In this document: piece by piece, positions 58,201 to 64,000 of the stretch
Layout: every line of letters starts with the position of its first letter
How positions within the stretch are numbered: the stretch's first letter is position 1
DNA from: a virus
Taxonomy: Duplodnaviria; Caudoviricetes
Reading direction: 5' to 3' (one strand)
Length of the DNA stretch: 64,000 nucleotides
Virus record (IMG/VR): IMGVR_UViG_3300010163_000001
Coordinates: 96,001-160,000 of that record
Made by a program: the position numbers and the translations under genes
The notes under the pieces: model-generated
Told to the model about the DNA's origin: nothing
The model's input: only the letters and a program-made list of their open reading frames with translations
The model's database searches: none

Positions 58201-61200
58201 TAGCATAATCATGTCTAACGCGATCAATTCTTGACTGTACTTTCCTATCTTTCTTAAACTTTTCATGTTTTTTTACTGCTTCTTTAAGTTCTCTTCTTGC
58301 AGACATCCATTTAAAATGATTCTTACCTTCTTCACTAAGTCCATCTTCATATTTTTGTAATTCCGCATTATAAGAATTCCGTAAACTTCCTTTGAAATCT
58401 TTAACCATAGTCAAACCACGATTAATTCCTCCAAAGAATCCATTAAATTCATTTTGATCATATGCAGCACTCTGTGCTTTTACATTATCAATTGCACCAC
58501 GTATTAATTCAAATGGTCTTGACGCAACTGCTCGTTTTTCTTTCTTCAGTGCTTTGTGTCTCATCTTAGCAGTTCCCAATCTAGCTAAATTTAAACCAGC
58601 AGTAACCGGGAATAGAGATAACTTCATTGCATCAAATGGCAACCTTACAGCACGTTTTCCAACAAACTTAAGTGCGCTTGTTAATGGAGAAAATGCTTTT
58701 CCTATCGTATTTTGGAATATCTTAGTTACACTAATTCCAACTTTTTCAAAAACATCATGAATTGTATCTGATACATCTTTTTTAATACCATGAATATTAT
58801 CAGCAATTACTCCAGCAACCTCTTTGAACGGAGTAGTAAGTTTCTTTTTAAGCCATAATGCAAAATCTTCTGTATGTCCCTGTAATTTATTTTTCACTGG
58901 TTCAAATACATTAAGAACCATCATATTTTTCATTTTAGTAAGAAGACCATTATTTTTTCTTCCTATTACATTTCCATGTTCATCAACTTCTTCGTCACCG
59001 AATAATAATTTCTTAAATGCTTCTGTCTGAGATGCAATCCCTATACCAAGTCCAGCAAGTCCCATTCCAACAGGTCCACCTAATGATACAGCAGAACCTA
59101 AGAAACCTAAATGACTAAGTGTTGCACCTGCAACTGCACCTACTCCAAGTCCTTTTAAGCCACCTTTTACAAAGTGACCAGACTTTTCCATAAATTTTGC
59201 GAATTTTCCATTTTCTTTGCTGAATAATCCACCAGCACGTTTTCCATTTTCGTCTTTTTCTCCAAATAATATCTCTTGGAATTTATCGTTACTTTTTAAT
59301 AGCGAGAATCCGATTCCTAATAATGCTCCACCAATAGGACCACCAGGTAATAACGTATTTAAAAGAAAACTTCCTTGTCCAATACCTAACATACCTTTTG
59401 CAGCACCTAATACAGCTCCTCCTGCAATCATTGGAGCATTGTCTTTAAAGAATTTCTGTGTCTTCTGAGAAATGAGACCTCCAGTTTTATTTCCGTCTTC
59501 ATCTTCCTTTCCAAACACAAATTCATTAAACTTTTTAGATCTTGATAGCATGGATAATCCTATACCAGCAATTGCTCCACTGATAGGACCACCGGGCAAT
59601 AGTGCAGCTCCTAAAATACCACTACCAGAAAACATAACCGAGGTTCCAACTGCAGCACCAATTGTTGCACCAGTTAATCCGGTTGGTAAAAATTCTTTAA
59701 ATTTTTCTTGTATACTTTTATTGCTTCTCTCTTGTTGCTTTTGTATATCTTCTTCTGAGCCAACAATTCTATCTACAATATCTCCTGTTGAGTCAGCTAA
59801 TTCATTTGCAATATTTGTTAATTGACTTGATATCTTTGAAGAACTTTCCCTTATCTTATCTTCTTCCTCTTTGATAAAAGTTTCAAAGTCTCCACCATAT
59901 AATTGACCTTGTTGCATGGGATCCATTTTATCCCATGATTTCTTATATTTATCACGTAATTCTTTTTCCTTTTTCTTCTTAGCTTTTTCTTCTTCCTCTT
60001 TTATGAAATTCTCTATATCATCTCCATATAACTGTCCCTGTTGCATAGGGTTCATCTTTTCCCATGCATCTTTATATCTCTCTTGTAATTTTATATTCGC
60101 TTCATTCGTTTCTTCTTTTTTATTCTCATTTGCTTCCTTTATAATTGCAGAATCTGTATTATTAGCTTCTACTTCTTCCGTTGCATTATTTAATCTATCT
60201 TGTCGTTTTTTATCTCGCTTAGCTTTAAAATCAAACCATTTAAAGTATTTATTGTAAGTATCATTCTCTTCATAATCATCTCCGAACCAATATTTCATTG
60301 CGTTCTTGTAAATTCTATCATATCCATTTGCAATCTTATCAAAAACACTGTCTTCTTTTTCATTATATGTGTTACCATTGGAATCGGTGTAACCTTTTCC
60401 AGTAAATACATATTTGATATAATTCATCTGGTCTTTCATCCAGACTGTCACTCCACCAAATACACCAGTTTCTTCATCAAATAACTTTTCTCTTATTTTC
60501 TTTACGCGTTCATTATTTAATACATCTTTGAAGAATGATCGAACAATTCCATCTTTTCCAAAAATCCCACTAACCATAGGACTTAAGAAATTATGATGTA
60601 ATGATAACACCATAGCTTTTATGGAATTTTTATCCTCTTCTGTCCCATTTATTTTAGCTGATTTATTATTCTCTAAATTCTTCATAACGCGTTCTGTACG
60701 ATTCGCGTTAGATTCTATTTTAGAGCGATCCATTTTTAATGTATCTTTTAAGGTTTCTTTATTTGCTTTTGATACTTCTTTATTGATATTCTTTTCCGCT
60801 GAAGTATTACCAGTATTAATGATCGCTTGAGAAGTCGCTGGTGGGGGAGTAGAACCTCCACTCATATCACTAATTACGGAATTTACTTCATTCCAGAATT
60901 CTTCGTCACTAGATCTATAAAATCCATTTCCTCGGTCATATAAAATATTAGCAAGACGATCCAATGAATCAGAAAAATTTGCAAATAATCCAGTTTTTCC
61001 ACCGTTTTTGCTTTTTCCAGAATTCTTTAATCTATCTTTAATTTTATCAATTATACCTTTTTTATTCTTTTCCTTTTCAGCTTCTGCTCTTTCTTCTTCT
61101 GTTAATTGATCTAATCTCTTACCGGTAGATGTAAAACCTACGTCTGTAAAGATATTTATTTTCCTCAGAGTTTCCTCATCAATTACTTTTTCAACATCTG

Positions 61201-62890
61201 TTTCGTATTTTCCAAGTTTTTGATTGAAGAGGTTTCTTGATGCCGAACTAAGTGTCTGAGCTGCCTTATTCATACTACTCATGGTTTCATCATAGGATGA
61301 TGTTAAAGACATAACGACATCACGCAAATCATTTCCACCAAGTTTTGCATCATAAAGGGTATCGAAAACTCCTTTTAAAAAGTCTTGTCTCGTATCTTTT
61401 GATTTTCCTGTAAGTTGATTTACTACTCTTTCATTGATGGACTTCTTTACATTATCTAAAGTCTCATCATCAATGTCTATTTTACTAAGTGCCTTTTGCA
61501 TATCTGTAGCAAAAGAGTTCATTCCATATTCTAACGTAGTTGTATATTCTTCTTTATATGCATCTTTAAGCTGACTTTCTGTATTAAATCTCCCTGTATT
61601 CATGTCGTAATAACGAGCTTCATTCTTTGTAAGGGCAGATTCAATTTTCGCTAAATAATTAGGAATTACCTCAACCAAGGTTTGTTGAGCAATTCCATTC
61701 CAACTCATTGCATCTTTTTTAAATTCTCCTAATTCTAATTTAGTGACTGCTTTCTTTCTCTTTTTACCAAATATACTACCGATCATAGATTTAAAAAGGT
61801 CATCACTTTCTGACATGTCTCCCAAACGGTATACTAGATTATTCATTGTCTGAGTGAACATTTTATCTGATCTTCCTAGAGAATTTCGTAAATTCTTTGG
61901 GATTAATTTCGGTAAAATGCCTCCTAATGCCATTTCTAATGGAGTCTCTCCACCAATTGCGCTTGACATACCAAGCATTGTTTTACCCATTTCTAGCATA
62001 GACCAAACCATACTAGACTTTACATTTTTCTTAAGCATCTCTTTATAAGAGTATAAATTAAATCCACCAGAAAAATCAAATTCATCCCATTCTGGTTCTT
62101 CTTCTTTTTCAATTTTCTTATAGCCTTCCATGAAATCTTTAATACCTGAAATGGTTTCTCCCATAGCATTAAGCATTTCAGATGAAGTTCTATAAAATTC
62201 AGATGCTTGTTGATTTACAATTGAAACATTTTCATTTTGAAAGTCTATTAACGATACAATATTAGAATTAATTGCATCTAATCTATTATTTATTCCAGCT
62301 AATTGTGCATTTGTTTGATTAATTCCTATTAGTGCAACACTTGTCAGTTGTTTCGAAGTTGCACTTGCTGCTTTTAATTGTGTATTCGAAATTGTCTGAG
62401 TCATATTCTGCATACCAACAATGGTTGCAGCATTTCCCTCAGAAATAGCTTTTCCAAGCATAGCCGTATTCTTTTTTGATTCTCCTAATGCAACTGAATC
62501 TGGATCATTATAGTCTACATCATAGTCATCTACCATATCTGAAAAATCATCAGATGTATCGTATGATTGATTCGTTAATTTATCTAAACTGAAATTTCCG
62601 CTTTTTATGTCATCAAATGCAGATGAAATGGTATCAGCAACTTCTTTACCGACAAGCGTATGACCTAGACTTTTCGCTTGTTGCTTAATTTGTGACTTTG
62701 ACTCTGTTATAAAATATCGTGAATCTCTAAGAATTTCGGCAGTGGATGTTGTGGTATCATAAATTCCTGGAATTGTACCCTTTAATGTGATGCTACCTAA
62801 TTTTTTCATTGTTGGGGCAACGGAACGAAAGGCACTAGTCCATTTATCTAAGTTACCAGTCTTCTTGTCTTTCATTATTATTTTCACCAC
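49241..62890 (-). CDS. Giant (4549 aa) tape-measure/tail-associated lysin: C39-like peptidase, degenerate C39, phage tail lysozyme, NlpC/P60-like amidase and M23 peptidase domains
   Basis: QNDPRW...GGCGPTALSMV...GHIVV; GAAGVMGNWQKESG...GYGLAQWT; RTDCSGFVS...GHTEIF; HRGLDIG...LFAHM...STGSHLHYE; long helical and Gly-rich hydrophobic N-terminal half. Confidence 0.85.
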   Translation of the reverse strand: MVKIIMKDKKTGNLDKWTSAFRSVAPTMKKLGSITLKGTIPGIYDTTTSTAEILRDSRYFITESKSQIKQQAKSLGHTLVGKEVADTISSAFDDIKSGNFSLDKLTNQSYDTSDDFSDMVDDYDVDYNDPDSVALGESKKNTAMLGKAISEGNAATIVGMQNMTQTISNTQLKAASATSKQLTSVALIGINQTNAQLAGINNRLDAINSNIVSLIDFQNENVSIVNQQASEFYRTSSEMLNAMGETISGIKDFMEGYKKIEKEEEPEWDEFDFSGGFNLYSYKEMLKKNVKSSMVWSMLEMGKTMLGMSSAIGGETPLEMALGGILPKLIPKNLRNSLGRSDKMFTQTMNNLVYRLGDMSESDDLFKSMIGSIFGKKRKKAVTKLELGEFKKDAMSWNGIAQQTLVEVIPNYLAKIESALTKNEARYYDMNTGRFNTESQLKDAYKEEYTTTLEYGMNSFATDMQKALSKIDIDDETLDNVKKSINERVVNQLTGKSKDTRQDFLKGVFDTLYDAKLGGNDLRDVVMSLTSSYDETMSSMNKAAQTLSSASRNLFNQKLGKYETDVEKVIDEETLRKINIFTDVGFTSTGKRLDQLTEEERAEAEKEKNKKGIIDKIKDRLKNSGKSKNGGKTGLFANFSDSLDRLANILYDRGNGFYRSSDEEFWNEVNSVISDMSGGSTPPPATSQAIINTGNTSAEKNINKEVSKANKETLKDTLKMDRSKIESNANRTERVMKNLENNKSAKINGTEEDKNSIKAMVLSLHHNFLSPMVSGIFGKDGIVRSFFKDVLNNERVKKIREKLFDEETGVFGGVTVWMKDQMNYIKYVFTGKGYTDSNGNTYNEKEDSVFDKIANGYDRIYKNAMKYWFGDDYEENDTYNKYFKWFDFKAKRDKKRQDRLNNATEEVEANNTDSAIIKEANENKKEETNEANIKLQERYKDAWEKMNPMQQGQLYGDDIENFIKEEEEKAKKKKEKELRDKYKKSWDKMDPMQQGQLYGGDFETFIKEEEDKIRESSSKISSQLTNIANELADSTGDIVDRIVGSEEDIQKQQERSNKSIQEKFKEFLPTGLTGATIGAAVGTSVMFSGSGILGAALLPGGPISGAIAGIGLSMLSRSKKFNEFVFGKEDEDGNKTGGLISQKTQKFFKDNAPMIAGGAVLGAAKGMLGIGQGSFLLNTLLPGGPIGGALLGIGFSLLKSNDKFQEILFGEKDENGKRAGGLFSKENGKFAKFMEKSGHFVKGGLKGLGVGAVAGATLSHLGFLGSAVSLGGPVGMGLAGLGIGIASQTEAFKKLLFGDEEVDEHGNVIGRKNNGLLTKMKNMMVLNVFEPVKNKLQGHTEDFALWLKKKLTTPFKEVAGVIADNIHGIKKDVSDTIHDVFEKVGISVTKIFQNTIGKAFSPLTSALKFVGKRAVRLPFDAMKLSLFPVTAGLNLARLGTAKMRHKALKKEKRAVASRPFELIRGAIDNVKAQSAAYDQNEFNGFFGGINRGLTMVKDFKGSLRNSYNAELQKYEDGLSEEGKNHFKWMSARRELKEAVKKHEKFKKDRKVQSRIDRVRHDYAKKFGYVNGSLDDVELAKAKDELQDAGLDISWIKNNKDLNDLLYNKEDFYERFNPDKDKKKDEEKSFEEMAVSDGLKIQESPDQQQDRERTKKFYDWIKEAITPITEHFKKKDEDNSTEEAVINALENIEEATEANAAMNTADTAIETGASISDLRDATNSETVNRADDIIDARRDSDKKKKRDEKEQKESERARSGGKSYQDEEKDKKDKSKADIKGVTDEDKKTVFGSVGGFFKNVFGVAGKLFTSKTFWKLALGSFSIYAVFGEQIKEFYNDKFKPWMQEKALPFIETNIIPPVKDFLINVKDLVFEKAPKFVADVTGLIIDNMDTIVKTSWDLLYAAATSIGKCLISKVAGVFGFKDPFDKGDTQKFETKEEAQEKTKNARHQIKKYNEDGSVEYEEGYQVDDETGQVTGEEGFDGYIDENGVFHATKKVSGFSSGTLYSGLRAGTKYIRGISRPFANKLAKGALKTGGVIAGGAAMGGIGAIGMIPGMGMASKVAKGAAKGTGKVASKISSKVMGSKATKLAQRVQDAQSALLTAQEGLSAAEQTLKNSEAILDTTRNISTNAARSAEVFLEADVAANKAAVNSAKLAVDTAAKNVDDIAANKGIIKKLLNKLLDGLNKVYTSFDKKITGVITKANWTKTIKELIESLSKKFLESDVKLIRKIGELISTKMTEATARTAADGTGVLALVLGAFDALNGAISAADLFGVAASDVTWGMRLTSSIMEVILGIGPMAYIDIVLEVIKAFFPKLDFKRMLARAIYSNLGGKKQLDDAIEEFDKKVAIHNAKHGTNLTTEEYSNLTNNSRNIFGKIHQGWDWLWSGGGNTQAYKDKWKTQEQDTLTDAEQREWDAYKANNKDAKFEDWVNMKFAPTIQSNNPKESTEETYNGPGPIKISNRQKVLGYGTVMQNDPRWGNIPIGKFPDGTTSTMATGGCGPTALSMVASQLKSNTDPVSVASYAQNNGYIKDGGSTAGLFTKGASDMGLSPTEVNKSSIKKSLQSGEPVIVSGKSSMNGPYTKAGHIVVASGIDNNGNVRINDPMRGTRTEKLSNLTSGMTHGWSYRRKAVGYGAASDIVNISDKASNMYDIYDTTMTAKDAAVNAGIIDATSVHPITLINKVINQFVKFAAKYGDRFAAWFSSRDWSDGIKRFGEKIISMVRRCPVSTISAIANEISQKLAEISIRTGASAAIIPLIIGAVYDGVDGWTSAARLFGIAKHDVTWEMKTISSVLQVLLGLPGASCVDLVLEIISMINPQWDIKQIVARWLYSTFFDKEKLDTATDEFEAQVAKYNAINGTNLTVNDWNNKSNKDAGIFGQVQKGFSWVGAKISGGDMTEWNNIYNLQDTYAITEKEHRAYDSYKANGGNLSLAEWYTDQYKKKGSIGFGTGSAKIKWKPSKSLGFGPGDEDLPWFKYGDDYYYVIEGDNSITYRKMDNRYDLENLKDENNLIKEGTQGRLPDSFYEYLNGNAQAEKEASGIDIKVTDSNGRAIKPSKKTTPGVIATKSAIDLAKLGATVANNAFANYKKAKSNATVAEIYGNSSYYLNTDITSNLKGATLNTAVRMQRKIASGLTQTNGEYGFNRIDFYNGLKVKDIKNMVTYKKDLLSDGRIPLFREVYYLFVDSGDYKDNHVITTSELEGIKGKQELSEMFGGFGTYGDSFEYKNGFPFFQTDDPRWSNIPWRGSTVRFRGGDLASLAMVSSAFGNNIITPDYINSNWLDGRYTGWSSPGTGLNQDTIYQDGGFNALRETQVDGKRLQVKKLESMDSVINALRSNKPVVLTGYRYNGSIFNGFYDKGEYNNIGAFNTNTDWRYTADGKNHPENASALDDSNPDSYGTLVARAAQGDYLAVNDPFTTLEQPSVFNVKRLKDKVGQKNAIKSAYVVTGPNGEGISGPVDFSNKVGGTSDYQSVSEAEGLTGKIGAIFNNFTAVFEHMMDALMGGKEYRSIKEVNPFDESGADNSGIGVAAGATANISDPKVSGINYEKDSVGGYMVDPKANATNKGAAEAAEKAGLTSNDPKTVEEAIKKFQLTEQGIMALTTQFTDELQYAGAPPGTPDYENYNTIVTQKIAYAKKMYEMGMPYSYHTAPKVSGINYEKDSVVGNISPEVKKNAAKVFQQQINTNKKKTANSPFFKNNPFAKPTPSGNSKGPFTLNVGYGIGTGNKAFKKAASAVASVAMTNGLKSNGAGQGIVAMMRNGALSIGKKYGVPSGVNTKTDSRYTVTPKVSGVNYATDGVGGYMVNSPQNTGYTMLTNSSDTMNVDTSNATVSQKLQAIGFAISAQASGDDYEKAKQNALIQLMDLSPDNSGDTTASGGSYALTDANDETGYIWNELIKVGFTPAGAAGVMGNWQKESGNHAVRVQGDFSSGYEKSKEYTKNADANPDSFIHDKKGYGLAQWTYWSRKKGLVDKAHGQGLSVGDISAQVQYFKDELQGYPSLLNTLTTTNDVSKASNDMLHVYEQPADQSTREENERIGYSNSWLARYGGGNNTMVASNNTTSANVSYGPGKSSYLRYNILGKSKAIGYGAPWLNIVQAVKQAIAAQQPGYSQSNYITINVGGIQKSVRTDCSGFVSACVSYYTGQDFLTSSSGLLSSNNSLLTNSGFTYMPWTGWTNLVPGDILVISGHTEIFAGRDGNTNMVYNCGSNSSVNNPGITHSSRSAYTVVWRSPEGGSAAINNLSVANSGTNYTNTNSGNTGSSGVVKAGSGLDALLGGLNEVAGAYNQNLIGFGPGPSNKNMDTPEGYFTNTLGGIVTSGYGHRNSELGSEFHRGLDIGAPYGTDIKSPIEGDVISTGTDVAGYGNYAVVKDNDGTQHLFAHMDEPVGYGPGTHVYKDSVIGKVGSSGKSTGSHLHYELRRNDSHNSTIDPTSYKYDTKKYETEEDIGYGSGTMNTNSQVKEKLTVALNTRDIESKMDTIIDVLKTFVEREEKNNKEMSYNSVTNNNTVVSYGNGNTKLPRTYKTSSSKSDKDYSKMSLTKIHEAIAKK

Positions 62891-63017
62891 CTTTTTAATT
62901 ATAATATAATCGATTATAATAATTAAAAATAGCTATTATTTTAATCTTTTGTTGATTTTTGAACTAATAGGTTTTATAATACAGAGGCTACTTAATTATA
63001 AAAATGAATAAAAGGAG

Positions 63018-63230
63018 ATGTATGTTATGAGTATTAAACAATCATGTTCAAATTGTATGAAAAAAGATGTTTGTAAATTTAAAGATGAGATTGATTCGCT
63101 TAATAAAGATATTGCAAAAGTCCTGAATCAACATGATGAAGTTTTACGTTCAATAATTGATGTTAGACTGATATGCAATAGTTGGAAGCAGGAAACACCC
63201 GATATAGCATATCGTGGAATACCATCATAA
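63018..63230 (+). CDS. Small Cys-rich hypothetical protein
   Basis: CSNCMKKDVCKF motif; AAGGAG RBS. Confidence 0.6.
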   Translation: MYVMSIKQSCSNCMKKDVCKFKDEIDSLNKDIAKVLNQHDEVLRSIIDVRLICNSWKQETPDIAYRGIPS

Positions 63231-63249
63231 AGATGGTGATTTAATTGAC

Positions 63250-63288
63250 AAAAAGATCCCGGTAGGAATAATTTCCTACCGGGATCTT
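63250..63288. terminator. Strong hairpin terminator (T run on the minus strand)
   Basis: AAGATCCCGGTAGGAA-TAAT-TTCCTACCGGGATCTT, 16-bp stem. Confidence 0.85.
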
Positions 63289-63304
63289 AAAACATGATAT
63301 CAAT

Positions 63305-63735
63305 ACATTATTGGAGCCGCCAATCGATTCATTGCCGATAGCGGCTCTCGTTGTTTCAAGCAGAATCCTACAGAGTTCTTTATGGGATTCCCTACCCATG
63401 ACAGATTTCCAGCTTTGCGGACTGCATTATATCCTCAACCGATGCTCATAGCCAATAAAGCCGTATTCCATATTCACGGCAAAGCAACCTTCCTCTTATA
63501 GGCCATCCTGCTAATGGCAGGCATTCGCGAATATATTCAGGAGCAGCCTTCCATATAGGTCTGCCACCAAATAATGTTATCGCCTGCCAGCACTTTTCCT
63601 TACTTTGCAAGAATGACCGTGTTGCAATATGACTGATGAGGGATCTATAAAACCCGACTGTTCTCCCAGCCAGGTCATTGCTAGCTAAATCCGCGCTTAC
63701 AATCTATTCTACTCACCAATAGCAATTCTGCTTTT
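63305..63735 (-). ncRNA. Candidate large (~430-480 nt) structured non-coding RNA of unknown class
   Basis: GC-richer, ORF-free island with many stems whose G-U pairs favour the minus strand; AACT-N6-TA motif at 63735-63746; terminator at 63250-63288. Confidence 0.6.
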
Positions 63736-64000
63736 AATATAAAGTTATTCGTATTTAAAAAAATATTATACCAGGAAATAGTACCACCATTTCCTTCGTT
63801 TCATGATTATGTATATTGAAAATATTCAAGTATTATATAAAATACAATCTATAAAAATCAGATTATACATTGATAAATATCATAGTGTATCATCTGCAAA
63901 CTATTTTTAAAATAATTAAAATAGTTCTTTTTGATTATAGGAATATTTTCTATTATATCAAATATTAAAAATACACATAATCAATATGGTATTGGCTCTG

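Noticed and set aside
49371-62048. Numerous plus-strand ORFs of 60-200 aa inside the giant tail gene (and similar ones inside ligA, rpoB, gyrA/B, dnaB)
   Set aside because: Antisense shadows of long genes, with no RBS and no motifs.
63633-63660. Hammerhead ribozyme core CTGATGAG on the plus strand
   Set aside because: The stem II candidate is followed by GACT rather than GAAA, no stems I/III were found, and G-U pairing favours the opposite strand.
63305-63735. RNase P RNA, tmRNA, tRNA cluster or group I/II intron
   Set aside because: No GAGGAAAGTCC or CGGCTTA-type RNase P cores, no tRNA-like ends with T-loop and CCA, no interrupted host gene or domain V seen.
1-64000. Stop-codon reassignment, introns or inteins
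   Set aside because: Core genes are full length in the standard code and end in TAA, TAG or TGA; no interrupted core gene or intein motif was noticed.
63750-64000. AT-rich tail as a replication origin
   Set aside because: No iterons or other support are visible and the region is cut by the window edge.

Overview
AT-rich, gene-dense 64 kb segment of a jumbo phage of the phiKZ/AR9 (PBS1)-like type. The host is probably a Firmicute (Clostridia/Lachnospiraceae-like), judged from strong AGGAGG RBSs, a CHAP-SH3b endolysin, a clostridial-type holin and a double-OB SSB. Most genes are on the minus strand. Recognisable genes: NAD-dependent ligase, DHFR, thymidylate synthase, endolysin, SSB, two different split RNA polymerase beta C-terminal subunits, MazG-like NTP pyrophosphatase, RecA-like recombinase, tubulin/FtsZ-family GTPase, type IIA topoisomerase A and B subunits, DHH phosphoesterase, holin, RecD/Dda-like helicase, baseplate-wedge-like protein, DnaB helicase, SbcD nuclease and a 4549-aa tail/tape-measure-like protein with several cell-wall hydrolase domains. 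The most unusual signals are four. (1) A ~630-nt non-coding array at 27238-27871 with a fixed base every 5 nt, grouped into 36/31-nt super-units and ending in a hairpin; it is a candidate non-CRISPR guide-RNA array. (2) A cluster of modular polyproteins (permuted papain-like, Nudix, GNAT, SNF2, nuclease, kinase domains) whose domain junctions carry A-x-E motifs typical of prohead-protease cleavage, plus shared N-terminal leader peptides. (3) A ~61-bp promoter/RBS/start-codon direct repeat that brackets that cluster. (4) Several unannotated structured RNA candidates (63.3-63.7 kb, 42.45-42.71 kb, 49.09-49.23 kb). All calls come from manual motif reading; no database searches were run.
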